DNA of 64,000 nucleotides from Sphingobacteriaceae bacterium (GTDB lineage: Bacteria > Bacteroidota > Bacteroidia > Sphingobacteriales > Sphingobacteriaceae), in NCBI GenBank assembly GCA_041743935.1, contig JBGTLU010000061.1, positions 23,247 through 87,246 on the forward strand, given 5' to 3'. Numbering within the stretch: position 1 is the first letter of the stretch; each line of letters opens with the position of its first letter. Positions 1 through 8,795 of this stretch are shown here, piece by piece. The notes under the pieces are model-generated. The model saw nothing but the letters and a program-made list of their open reading frames with translations. It did no database searches and had not been told where the DNA came from. The position numbers were made by a program, and so were the translations under genes.

Positions 1-318
1 CGAAACCAATGCACCAAGAGTATCCTTATGTTCACGCAGCTTGTTGCCCATTTGTCGCACTATTTCGCCTCTTTTTGGAGCTGGTAAGTTTCTCCAAACT
101 TTAAATGCTTGCTCTGCACTTTTAATTACTAATTCATAATCTGCCATTGTGGCAAAAGAAACCGAAGCAATTAATTTTCCATCCACCGGAGAAAAAATAT
201 CTTTTTTATTTTGATTGAACTCGGTCCCCCAAATTAAACCTGTGCTCCATGCCGGATTGATTTCTTTAATTCCTAAATCTTCCATGATAAAAATATCGGT
301 AATTTCAACTGTATTCAT
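1..318 (-). CDS. aldehyde dehydrogenase family protein (ALDH7 / piperideine-6-carboxylate dehydrogenase-like); only the N-terminal 106 codons, gene runs off the left edge
   Basis: Not in the ORF track because it is truncated. My reverse-strand translation from ATG at 318-316 reads MNTVEITDIFIMEDLGIKEINPAWSTG...SPVDGKLIASVSFATMADYELVIKSAEQAFKVWRNLPAPKRGEIVRQMGNKLREHKDTLGALVS. The W-R-x-x-P-A-P-K-R-G-E-I-V-R stretch is a conserved ALDH N-terminal signature. Confidence 0.8.
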   Translation of the reverse strand, partial: MNTVEITDIFIMEDLGIKEINPAWSTGLIWGTEFNQNKKDIFSPVDGKLIASVSFATMADYELVIKSAEQAFKVWRNLPAPKRGEIVRQMGNKLREHKDTLGALVS

Positions 319-360
319 GTTTTAAACATATCTTTGTCCAAAAGTAAGAAAAATACCGAG

Positions 361-394
361 CCTAGTTTTTTATAATATTTATTTAAAAACTAGG
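361..394. promoter_or_regulatory. perfect 10-bp inverted repeat CCTAGTTTTT-N14-AAAAACTAGG in the divergent intergenic region
   Basis: Read directly: arms at 361-370 and 385-394. It lies 43 nt upstream of the aldehyde dehydrogenase ATG. No converging gene is present for it to terminate, so it is an operator or a 5'-UTR hairpin candidate. Confidence 0.3.
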
Positions 395-616
395 TGTATC
401 TATAGGAACAAATAAGGCATATTTAGCTAATTTATTTTCAATTCATTAGCAATTACAATGTCAGTATGTGGAAAAATTAAAATGATGTCTCACAACATTT
501 TCACCTACCTTACTCCTACGTTTATACTAATACTGTGTTTAGCACGGTTATTGAATGTATAGGGTTTCGTTCTTTTTTACTAGTCTGCTCTGGCAGGCCT
601 TAATTTTTGATAGACG

Positions 617-2023
617 ATGGATGAAGAATTTGATTTCAATGAATTCGAAGATATAAGCTCTTCTGTTGAGCGATACGAAGAAATGGTTAGGAATAAAGAC
701 CAATACTTTTTCGACTCGCAAGCCTTTGAGAACATTATAGATTATTATATAGAAAAAAGTGACCCCATAAAGGCACTTCAAGTGGTAGAATATGCCATTA
801 GTCAACACCCTTTTGTTGCTATATTCTATGTAAAAAAAGCACAATTGTGTATCGTAACCAATCAGGTAGATCGTGCATGGGCTTTGTTAGATAAAGCAGA
901 AACTTTGGAGCCATCTAATCCGGATATTTACCTCATTCGTGGAAATGTTTATGAAAACTTAGAAAAACACGAAGAAGCTTTAGATTATTATCAAAAAGCA
1001 TTGGCACTTTCAGAAGATTCGGATGAAATTTATATTCAGATTGCTTATGTATATCAAAACATGGGCGATTATGAAAATGCTTTGGTTTATCTAAAAAGTT
1101 GTTTAGAGCAAAACATGGAAAACCAAGATGCTTTATACGAATTAGCTTTTTGTTATGATGTATTAGATAAACAAGAAGAAAGCATTGCTTTTTACGAAAA
1201 ATACATCAACGAAGAACCTTATTCTTTTGCAGCGTGGTACAATTTAGGTAATGCATTTAGCAAAATGGGCATGTATGAAAAAGCTTTGGATGCGTATGAT
1301 TATGCCATTTTAATAAAAGATAACTTTGCCTCAGCCTATTTTAATAAAGGAAATGCATTGGTGAACTTGGATAGGTTTGAAGATGCCATTGTGGTATATA
1401 AACAAACTTTTGAGTACGAACAACCCGATGCTGAAATCTATTGCAGCATTGGCGAATGTTATGAAAAATTAGAGTTGATGGACGAAGCCCGCTCTTACTA
1501 CAAAAAAGCAGTAAAAATGGACCCAAAATTAGCCGAAGGTTGGTTTGGCATTGGCGTTACGTTAGATTTTGAAGAACGCTGGTATGAATCTTTGCATTTC
1601 TTTAAAAAAGCCATAGACTTAGATGCTACTAACCCTGAATATTGGTTTGCCATTGGCGACTCTCAAAGTAAGTTGGGTAACTTTGGTGATGCAGAAGTTG
1701 CGTATGAAAAAGTGGTGGAACTAAACCCACTAGATATAGAAATTTGGCTGGATTATTCTTCTCTAAAATATGAGCAAGGTTTACTTTCTGAAGCCATTAG
1801 TTTAATTTCTGAAGGAATTAAAAACAACCCCGAAGCGGCTGAATTACATTATCGTTTGGTAGCTTATTTATTTAGCGACGGACAATACAATGAAGCAATT
1901 CACTATTTAGAACACGCATTAAGTACAGATGTAGAAAAGAGTGAATTATTATTTGAATATTTACCTCAGTTACAAAATAACAAGGTAATTATCGACATCA
2001 TAAATAGATATTCTAAACTTTAA
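617..2023 (+). CDS. tetratricopeptide (TPR) repeat protein, no signal peptide
   Basis: 468-aa ORF with recurring 34-residue TPR-like units, e.g. AWYNLGNAFSKMGMYEKALDAYDYAILI, ASAYFNKGNALVNLDRFEDAIVVYKQ and AEIYCSIGECYEKLELMDEARSYYKKAVKMDP. Confidence 0.85.
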   Translation: MDEEFDFNEFEDISSSVERYEEMVRNKDQYFFDSQAFENIIDYYIEKSDPIKALQVVEYAISQHPFVAIFYVKKAQLCIVTNQVDRAWALLDKAETLEPSNPDIYLIRGNVYENLEKHEEALDYYQKALALSEDSDEIYIQIAYVYQNMGDYENALVYLKSCLEQNMENQDALYELAFCYDVLDKQEESIAFYEKYINEEPYSFAAWYNLGNAFSKMGMYEKALDAYDYAILIKDNFASAYFNKGNALVNLDRFEDAIVVYKQTFEYEQPDAEIYCSIGECYEKLELMDEARSYYKKAVKMDPKLAEGWFGIGVTLDFEERWYESLHFFKKAIDLDATNPEYWFAIGDSQSKLGNFGDAEVAYEKVVELNPLDIEIWLDYSSLKYEQGLLSEAISLISEGIKNNPEAAELHYRLVAYLFSDGQYNEAIHYLEHALSTDVEKSELLFEYLPQLQNNKVIIDIINRYSKL

Positions 2024-2520
2024 TCAGTTACCGGATATGCTTTTTTCAAGTTATCCAACGCTTTTGTAAGATTACTGATAAAATTCGATTCTAAATTATC
2101 TGTAAATGGTATTCGAATTCGAGTAATGTTGTTTTGTTCTTTCAACTTATTCTCCGGCCCAGAAATGGTTATACAACTTGAGCAATTTTTGTCTAAAACA
2201 AAATGCAATACTGGTGTTTTTTCTACGCCATGCGGATAAAGAAATCGAAGGTCATTAATAGCCCAGAATGGCACTTCGTGCCGATAATATTTTACATCAC
2301 CATTTAAAGTCTCCTTATAGCTGATGCTTAAAATTCCGTTGATAGTAGCTATTCTTATATTCTCATATAATGCAAATCCGTCTAAATTTCTTCCAACACT
2401 ACCTTTAAAAGGTATCCCTTTAAATAATCTATCACTTAACCAAATTTCTGATTCTTGTGTGCTTTGAGCATTAGTATTAACTGAAAAAATTACTAATAAT
2501 GCGATAATCAAGTTCTTCAT
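2020..2520 (-). CDS. hypothetical secreted protein
   Basis: 166-aa ORF with an N-terminal signal peptide (MKNLIIALLVIFSVNTNAQ). I recognise no family motif. Its stop codon shares the tetranucleotide TTAA (2020-2023) with the convergent TPR gene. Confidence 0.55.
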   Translation of the reverse strand: MKNLIIALLVIFSVNTNAQSTQESEIWLSDRLFKGIPFKGSVGRNLDGFALYENIRIATINGILSISYKETLNGDVKYYRHEVPFWAINDLRFLYPHGVEKTPVLHFVLDKNCSSCITISGPENKLKEQNNITRIRIPFTDNLESNFISNLTKALDNLKKAYPVTD

Positions 2521-2640
2521 GATGTCTAGGTTGCAAATTTGAGTGACTAAAATAAATATTTCATCATATTACTTATTTAGAATTTTCAATATTGTTTCTC
2601 AAATATTCCTACATTAGGATTCTGAATTCAAAAAAACAAC

Positions 2641-3675
2641 ATGAAACAACTATTTTTCCTCTTGACGATGCTTGGTATAATATCTTCCTGTACCACTCCT
2701 TCAGGTAATCAATCAGATGGTAATGTCGTATTAGTAATACATGGCGGTGCAGGTACTATACTTAAAGAAAACATGACCCCTGAATTAGAAGCGCAATACA
2801 TCGCAGTTTTAACCTCTTCATTACAAGCCGGATACGATACCCTACAAAAAGGAGCAAGTAGTTTAGATGCGATTGAAACCGCTATTTTGATTATGGAAGA
2901 TTCCCCCTTGTTCAATGCTGGAGTTGGAGCAGTATTTACCAACGAAGGGAAAAATGAATTGGATGCAGCCATAATGGATGGAAAAACCTTGGCAGCAGGT
3001 GCAGTTGCCGGACTTACAACTGTAAGAAATCCGGTGTTAGCAGCACGTGCCGTCATGGAAAAATCTAATCATGTAATGATGATAGGAGCAGGAGCAGAAA
3101 AATTTGCACGAGAAGCTGGTTTAGTAATGGTAGACCCATCCTATTTTTATACAGAAAATCGCTGGAACGGCTTGCAGCGCGCTTTGGAAAAAGAGAAAAT
3201 GGAATTAGACCACGCCGATACCACTGCGAGCATACGCAATTATTATTCTCCGGATTATAAATTTGGTACTGTTGGCGCTTGCGCCTTAGATAACTACGGC
3301 AATTTAGCGGCTGCAACTTCTACCGGTGGTATGACAAACAAACGCTACGGTCGTGTAGGCGATGTGCCAATTATTGGCGCAGGAACCTATGCAAATAATA
3401 GAACTGCTGCCATTTCTTGTACAGGCTGGGGCGAGTATTTTATCCGCTCGGTAGTAGCACATGATATTTCGGCCATGATGGAATATGGTAAACTTAGCTT
3501 AAACGATGCTGCTAACAAGGTAATGATGGAAAAAGTTCCGGCTTTGGGCGGTGATGGCGGTTTAATTGGTTTAGATGCAAAAGGAAATGTTACCATGCCG
3601 TTTAATACCCCTGGTATGTATCGTGGTTATATTACTAAAGACGGTAAAGTAGTAGTAAAAATATTTAAAGATTAA
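2641..3675 (+). CDS. iaaA: isoaspartyl peptidase / L-asparaginase (Ntn-hydrolase, plant-type asparaginase family), lipoprotein-type signal
   Basis: 344 aa with signal/lipobox LGIISSC. It has the HGGAG motif and the autoprocessing site context KFGTVGACALD, plus GAGTYA and GGDGGLI motifs typical of the Asparaginase_2 family. Confidence 0.85.
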   Translation: MKQLFFLLTMLGIISSCTTPSGNQSDGNVVLVIHGGAGTILKENMTPELEAQYIAVLTSSLQAGYDTLQKGASSLDAIETAILIMEDSPLFNAGVGAVFTNEGKNELDAAIMDGKTLAAGAVAGLTTVRNPVLAARAVMEKSNHVMMIGAGAEKFAREAGLVMVDPSYFYTENRWNGLQRALEKEKMELDHADTTASIRNYYSPDYKFGTVGACALDNYGNLAAATSTGGMTNKRYGRVGDVPIIGAGTYANNRTAAISCTGWGEYFIRSVVAHDISAMMEYGKLSLNDAANKVMMEKVPALGGDGGLIGLDAKGNVTMPFNTPGMYRGYITKDGKVVVKIFKD

Positions 3676-4236
3676 TTAAAATACGAGTTTAGATATCCCT
3701 ATCAAGAAATTAGAATTATTAATTCCTCCATTCGGGTTTTTTAAACCAGCATTGGAAATATGCCTAAAACGGTATTGAAAGTTTAAGTACAAGTTGTTTT
3801 TTGAGTGGATGTTTTGATACAAACCAATGGCAGCATTATCTGAAAAGATAAATCCTTTCGCTTGTCTGTTTACTTCGGCAGTGATGTAATGCGGACCGGA
3901 ACCAATCATCCCATACAAAACACTGTTTTGAGAAGCTAAGTAATAATAGCGGAACCCGGCATTAATACCAAACTCCACATCCACCGGACGATTAGTCAGC
4001 ACCGGATTTATTTGAGGTTCTATGTATACCCCAAATCTGGATTTACTGGCTGGATTATTTAATGAGTTGTTTATCCATACAGAAAAATTACCTGCTATGT
4101 GTATCGGGCGATAACGAGTATCGGAAGTGTTTTCTCCAAAACCGTAGCCCACATAAAAACCTTGTTCCTTTGGTTTTTGTGCAAATAGGAAGCTACAACC
4201 AATCGTAAAAACAAATACTAGTACTAATCTTTTCAT
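3676..4236 (-). CDS. acyloxyacyl hydrolase / PagL-like lipid A deacylase family outer-membrane protein
   Basis: 186 aa with a signal peptide and a beta-strand-like alternating pattern. The C-terminal F-R-H-I-S-N-A-G motif matches the His/Ser catalytic pair of this family. Confidence 0.6.
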   Translation of the reverse strand: MKRLVLVFVFTIGCSFLFAQKPKEQGFYVGYGFGENTSDTRYRPIHIAGNFSVWINNSLNNPASKSRFGVYIEPQINPVLTNRPVDVEFGINAGFRYYYLASQNSVLYGMIGSGPHYITAEVNRQAKGFIFSDNAAIGLYQNIHSKNNLYLNFQYRFRHISNAGLKNPNGGINNSNFLIGISKLVF

Positions 4237-4682
4237 ATTAATCTCTTCTCAAAACAAATACTATTTGCAACATTTTGGTATTGCCCATAATTGGGAATAA
4301 TTTCATAATTATTCTTTTTGTATAATGCAATGGCTCCTTTTTGCCGTGACCCGGTTTCCAGAATACAACTTTGGTAGCCAAGTTCTTTTGCCCAATTTTC
4401 TAATGCTGCCAACACCAAGGAGGCTATACCTTTACCCCTTTGCTCGGGTAGAACAAACATTCGCTTAATTTCCATTTGTTCAGAAGAGTATTCTTTTATG
4501 GCACCACATCCAACTGCAATAGTATCTGAGTAAGCCAGTATTACATGTTTTATAGCTGTTATTTTGTTGAATTGATCGTAAAAAGCATGTTCATCACCAT
4601 CGGTAATTTTTAATTCCTCATCCAATAGTTTTACTAATTGCACAAAATCTGAATTGGTGGATGTGGTTTTAAGATATACCAT
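4233..4682 (-). CDS. GNAT family N-acetyltransferase
   Basis: Acetyl-CoA binding motif PEQRGKGIASLVL. I place the start at the internal MVYLK (4682), leaving a 2-nt gap to the upstream gene; the track ORF extends to 4724. An ATGA stop/start overlap links it to the downstream PagL-like gene. Confidence 0.8.
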   Translation of the reverse strand: MVYLKTTSTNSDFVQLVKLLDEELKITDGDEHAFYDQFNKITAIKHVILAYSDTIAVGCGAIKEYSSEQMEIKRMFVLPEQRGKGIASLVLAALENWAKELGYQSCILETGSRQKGAIALYKKNNYEIIPNYGQYQNVANSICFEKRLI

Positions 4683-4684
4683 TT

Positions 4685-5362
4685 TCAATCTTCTAACATA
4701 AAAGTAATGCTCTGGAAAAAACACGTTTTTACAAATTCATTACTAAGCATTGGAGCATTTTTAAAGGTTAATAATCTTATTACTCTCATTGCCTCTTTGT
4801 CAAACAATGGATCTAAGGATTGATTTACATAAGTATTTTCAATTTTTCCAGATTCGTTAATGTAAAATCCTATTACAACGGTTCCTTCGAAACCATTATT
4901 AAGAGATCTAATCGGATAACTTATATTTTTTAATAAAAATGATTGGATACTTAAATAATTTTCAGAGAAGACTGGTGCTTTGTATTCAAGCGAATCATCA
5001 TCCAAAAAAATATTTTCAATTCCAACTTTCTTAAGTGTATCAGAACATCCTGTATTTTTTACTCGATTTAATTCAAAATTATAGTCTAATATTTTCCCAT
5101 TTTTCAACCATTTCCCAATAGGTTCGTTTACTAAATAATATTCTGAGTCAACAATGATTCCTGTTTTTATGTCTGATATAACATGTTCTATTTTCCCGTC
5201 CGAAAATTTACTAGTACTGTAATTAAATTTTGCTTTGTTTTTGGGAACTTCAATAAGATTAGTTTTAGATGAAATATACTTTATGCTAATATCTTGACTT
5301 TTAGCTGTAAACGAAAAGGTGATAATAACCAACAATACGGGGACAAAATATGCTATTCTCAT
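4685..5362 (-). CDS. TonB C-terminal-domain (energy transducer TonB-like) secreted protein
   Basis: 225 aa with a signal peptide. The C-terminal segment ISYPIRSLNNGFEGTVVIGFYINESGKIENTYVNQSLDPLFDKEAMRVIRLL resembles the TonB_C fold signature. Confidence 0.55.
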   Translation of the reverse strand: MRIAYFVPVLLVIITFSFTAKSQDISIKYISSKTNLIEVPKNKAKFNYSTSKFSDGKIEHVISDIKTGIIVDSEYYLVNEPIGKWLKNGKILDYNFELNRVKNTGCSDTLKKVGIENIFLDDDSLEYKAPVFSENYLSIQSFLLKNISYPIRSLNNGFEGTVVIGFYINESGKIENTYVNQSLDPLFDKEAMRVIRLLTFKNAPMLSNEFVKTCFFQSITFMLED

Positions 5363-5426
5363 ATAGAATTATGAGTTCAAATATTGTAAAAAGATTATTA
5401 TTTGTAAACGGGTATGATTAGATATA

Positions 5427-5461
5427 ACAAAAAAGTCATAAGGTTTTAACTTATGACTTTT
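5427..5461 (-). terminator. rho-independent terminator downstream of tRNA-Val
   Basis: Perfect 12-bp stem AAAAGTCATAAG (5431-5442) / CTTATGACTTTT (5450-5461) with a 7-nt loop. On the minus strand the stem runs into a T tract. Confidence 0.65.
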
Positions 5462-5471
5462 AACTTTTCTG

Positions 5472-5546
5472 TGGGAGCAACAGGATTCGAACCTGTGACC
5501 CTCTGCTTGTAAGGCAGATGCTCTGAACCAGCTGAGCTATGCTCCC
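5472..5546 (-). tRNA. tRNA-Val (anticodon TAC)
   Basis: The reverse complement reads GGGAGCATAGCTCAGCTGGTTCAGAGCATCTGCCTTACAAGCAGAGGGTCACAGGTTCGAATCCTGTTGCTCCCA. It has a 7-bp acceptor stem, a D-loop AGCTCAGCTGG, an anticodon loop CTTACAA and a T-arm GGTTCGAATCC. No CCA is encoded. Confidence 0.93.
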
Positions 5547-5559
5547 TTTTTAGGGACTG

Positions 5560-5589
5560 CAAATATAGGAGCGTTACCTCTATTTGCAA
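5560..5589 (-). promoter_or_regulatory. Bacteroidota-type promoter for tRNA-Val (-33 TTG / -7 TAtaTTTG)
   Basis: The minus strand reads TTG (5589-5587), then N19, then TATATTTG (5567-5560), with 13 nt to the mature tRNA 5' end. This matches the TTG-N17-23-TAnnTTTG consensus. Confidence 0.5.
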
Positions 5590-5619
5590 AAATTATTTCA
5601 AATTAATTTTAGTGTGTAT

Positions 5620-6348
5620 TTAATCATGCAATACTAATTCTAAAATCTCGTGAGATTGTATGCCTGCTACCCCATCCACATGCAAGGTATAATATTGCAT
5701 AACTTGGTGTAATAATTCTTTGCGTTGTTTTGAATTTATGCCCACTAAATGACAATTTTCAAAACTACTGCGTAATAATTCTACAAAAATACCGGTAAGT
5801 TTTTCATCTATATATAGTGGATGAATAGGCCTATACTCGCTAAAAGAACCCTCTTTTAAATCAAAGTATTTGGCTGTGTCTGCATGTGCAGTATCTGGAT
5901 AAAACCCTAAATATCTGGTTAATTGAAGTAAAAACACCAAATGAAAATTTGCTGGACTTTCTTCTGTTATATCAAAAATGGATAAGGAATGAGAAATAAA
6001 CTCGAACAATCGTTCATCACTTTCTTGTTGTTTTAAAATTTTATATAAAATCTCATTAACAAAAATAATGACGGCAGATTTAATAGGATTAAAAGGAATA
6101 TGTTTGTAAGCCGGCTGATTTCTAATTTCTTTGATGCGCTGCAAATTACCATTTGGCTTGTGGTAAACGATAAGGTCTAGTTGATTTAATCCTTGTAAAA
6201 CCGCTTTAGAAACACTTGGCTTTGCTTTTCTTACACCATTAATCAGGTAGGATTGCAAGCCAAATTTTTGAGTATAAATCTGAGCTATAATACTACTTTC
6301 GGAGTAATTGGTGGTTTTTAGTACAATTCCTCGCGTTTTGTGAAGCAT
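5620..6348 (-). CDS. recO: DNA repair protein RecO
   Basis: 242 aa. The N-terminal MLHKTRGIVLKTTNYSESSIIAQIYTQKFGLQSYLINGVRK is the typical RecO OB-fold start, and the size is right. Confidence 0.85.
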   Translation of the reverse strand: MLHKTRGIVLKTTNYSESSIIAQIYTQKFGLQSYLINGVRKAKPSVSKAVLQGLNQLDLIVYHKPNGNLQRIKEIRNQPAYKHIPFNPIKSAVIIFVNEILYKILKQQESDERLFEFISHSLSIFDITEESPANFHLVFLLQLTRYLGFYPDTAHADTAKYFDLKEGSFSEYRPIHPLYIDEKLTGIFVELLRSSFENCHLVGINSKQRKELLHQVMQYYTLHVDGVAGIQSHEILELVLHD

Positions 6349-6350
6349 TA

Positions 6351-8672
6351 TTAATTGATGAACAAAATTTTAGTAACGGCGGTTTCCACACCATCTTGGC
6401 CGGTTACAAATACCAAGTACACTCCGGTTGATGCTCGTCTGCCATCAAAAGAATTGCCATCCCAAACGGCTTGCCCACCATCTGCTATGGTCTGAAAAAT
6501 CAATCGGCCAGATATATCTGTAATTTTTACATTGGCATTTTCAACTAACCCTTTAATGCCTATTACTCCGGTATAATCCGGACGAACAGGGTTGGGGTAA
6601 ACCAAAATATCGTTATTAGTTGGGCTTCCTTCCGTAGCTGTTCCGCGGTAGGTAAGCAATCCTATGTTGGTTGCAATATACACCTCGCCACTTATTGGGT
6701 CAATGGCAATATCTTCTATCACATTTGAAATTAATGGGCTTGTTTCTGCTTTAAACGATTCAATAGTTCGCTGCCCATCTTCAGAAAACAAAAAGATGCC
6801 ATTGGTAGTACCCATCCATTTTCGGTTGGCGCCATCTACCGCAATTGCGGTTACATTCTCAGTTCCTAACAAAGGTTGAATTAATCCTTCTTGAACAATT
6901 TCTACAATCTCTGCATTTACCGGTACATTATCTAAAATTTCACCAGGGTTATTAAATACGGCAACTCCTTGTCCGGTAACTACCCAAATTCTTCCGTCTT
7001 TATCTTCCACAAAATCATTTACAATTCTAGAAGGTAGCCCACCCGAATTTGGCACATCGGTAAGTCTTCTGAATTTTCCTTTTCCATCAAAAACTAAAAT
7101 ACCTACATTAGGGATGATAGTCCATTTGTTACCAAAGGAATCTACCATGATTTCAAAAACTTCTGGAAATTGACCAGTAAAAACACCCGGGAAATTGAAG
7201 GATTGCCAATCGCCGTTTGGTTTTCGCATAGATATTGGGTTTGGAGCGCCGTAATTAGCAACCCATAAGTTACCATCGGCATCAAAATCTAAACCGGTTA
7301 TCCTTATACTGCCTTGATCTAAAACTACAGGACGTAAGGAGCTGTTTTGTGCATTAAAGGTAGTTTTTATTTTAAATCGATTATCTGTTTCATCCAACAT
7401 ATATTCTAATAATCCTTGTCCATAAGAACCTACCAATAGAATATTTCCCTCGGTATTAAATTCGGCAACTACAATATCTCGCACTAAATTTAATTCGGGT
7501 AATTGTTGTCTATTATAATTTGTCCAAGTGTTTTGTTCAAAAACAAAAAATCCATCTTCCCTAAATCTACCGCTATTTTGCACGGTAATAGCTCCGGGTG
7601 CAATGGCAACTCTTCTGTTATTTATGCTGATTCTTCTGGAAAGATTTGTGAGCGGGCTACTAGGAGTTACTTTGGTGAAAGTGGTTTGTGGAGTATTGGC
7701 AAAGCGGATAAACCCGCTAAATCTATCGCCAATCCAAACGTTGCCTTGTGCATCTCTAAAAGCAGTATTTGCATTAAAATAGGCAGCAGTATTTATTACA
7801 TCAAACGCCCCTTGGCTTTCGCTAACAAAAAATTTAGCGTTGAAAGGTTGTAACGCCAAAAATAAATTATTTGATGTTACGGCTATTTTCTTTACTTCAT
7901 TAGCCGGAAATGCAGATGCACGCCACTTACCGTTGGTATACTTAAGTATTTGTTGGTTGATGAGTATATAAGGTAAATTCTGAAACGTTAACATAGACTG
8001 TACACTTCCGTTTGGTAGACTATCCTGTGTTAAAGAATGTTTCCTCCATTTAGAAGCATCTACCAAAAAAGGTTCATTTACGTCGGCTTCAAATACACCG
8101 TTTTCTGAAGCAGCAAAAATTCGGCTTCCGGCAATGGTTACCCCAAAAAACTGTAAGGCTCCACCATTCGGACCAAGAAAATAGGTGTCTTTAATTTCTT
8201 CTCTATCTATATCTAAAACCACAATAGCAAAGCCTGTAGATAGGTAGGCTAAATTTTTATCAAAATAAATCTCATTAATTTGTTTATTACCAAGTATAGG
8301 GGCGTTTCTAATATCATTTAGTTTAATTATTCGTTTCCCTTTAATTAAATCAATAGTAGTGTTTTCGTAAACTATAAGCAGGGTTTTTGTAGGTTCATGG
8401 AACCGAACCAAACGTGAATCTGTTCCGGATAATCCGTCGGATTTGGTTAAACGATTAATGGTATTATCGGATTTATCAAAGAATATAATACCTCCAGTAG
8501 TTGCAGCATAAATTTTTGAGCCATCTTGGGTAATATCCAACACATTAAAATGTGGCAAATGATTTCGCCATTGACCAATCCCTTGTGCTGTTACTGCTTG
8601 AGAGATAAAAATAAGAGAACAAATTAGACCAAGTTTTATACTTAGAGGAGAGCAAATTTTTCTGTGAATCAT
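6351..8672 (-). CDS. secreted double beta-propeller protein with T9SS C-terminal sorting domain (PorZ-like)
   Basis: 773 aa with a signal peptide. Reg_prop-like repeats recur (GxxxGGIxxFD, NVWIGD, NLWVANYG, RIWVVTGQG, KWMGTTNGIFLF, EVYIATNIGLLTY). The C-terminus YPNPV...VKITDISGRLI...TGVYLVFV...KILFIN is a type-A Por sorting domain. Confidence 0.6.
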   Translation of the reverse strand: MIHRKICSPLSIKLGLICSLIFISQAVTAQGIGQWRNHLPHFNVLDITQDGSKIYAATTGGIIFFDKSDNTINRLTKSDGLSGTDSRLVRFHEPTKTLLIVYENTTIDLIKGKRIIKLNDIRNAPILGNKQINEIYFDKNLAYLSTGFAIVVLDIDREEIKDTYFLGPNGGALQFFGVTIAGSRIFAASENGVFEADVNEPFLVDASKWRKHSLTQDSLPNGSVQSMLTFQNLPYILINQQILKYTNGKWRASAFPANEVKKIAVTSNNLFLALQPFNAKFFVSESQGAFDVINTAAYFNANTAFRDAQGNVWIGDRFSGFIRFANTPQTTFTKVTPSSPLTNLSRRISINNRRVAIAPGAITVQNSGRFREDGFFVFEQNTWTNYNRQQLPELNLVRDIVVAEFNTEGNILLVGSYGQGLLEYMLDETDNRFKIKTTFNAQNSSLRPVVLDQGSIRITGLDFDADGNLWVANYGAPNPISMRKPNGDWQSFNFPGVFTGQFPEVFEIMVDSFGNKWTIIPNVGILVFDGKGKFRRLTDVPNSGGLPSRIVNDFVEDKDGRIWVVTGQGVAVFNNPGEILDNVPVNAEIVEIVQEGLIQPLLGTENVTAIAVDGANRKWMGTTNGIFLFSEDGQRTIESFKAETSPLISNVIEDIAIDPISGEVYIATNIGLLTYRGTATEGSPTNNDILVYPNPVRPDYTGVIGIKGLVENANVKITDISGRLIFQTIADGGQAVWDGNSFDGRRASTGVYLVFVTGQDGVETAVTKILFIN

Positions 8673-8795
8673 TACACCAAAGTTAAGGTTAGCAAACTGC
8701 TGAGCAAATATCTCGTTTCTAAATTAGAAATTGACCGTATGCTTTTTTAAAAAACTGTACTTTCGCAAAAATATTTTACTCGTATTCAATTAGCT

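Noticed and set aside
548-844. 98-aa minus-strand ORF overlapping the start of the TPR gene
   Set aside because: It overlaps the 5' end of a clearly real gene. Its composition is hydrophobic and Tyr/Phe-rich, as expected from translating AT-rich DNA, and it has no recognisable features.
2020-2023. Convergent genes sharing their stop codons in a TTAA tetranucleotide, here and again at 33400-33403. A 24-nt convergent overlap also occurs at 38159-38182.
   Set aside because: Such compact 3'-3' overlaps are common in gene-dense AT-rich genomes with TAA stops. They give no further evidence of antisense regulation. I note only that these pairs lack intergenic terminators.
5472-5546. tRNA-Val as an integration hotspot
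   Set aside because: The flanking genes (TonB-like/GNAT/PagL operon and recO) are ordinary. I saw no partial tRNA duplicate and no integrase nearby. The tRNA has its own clean promoter and terminator.
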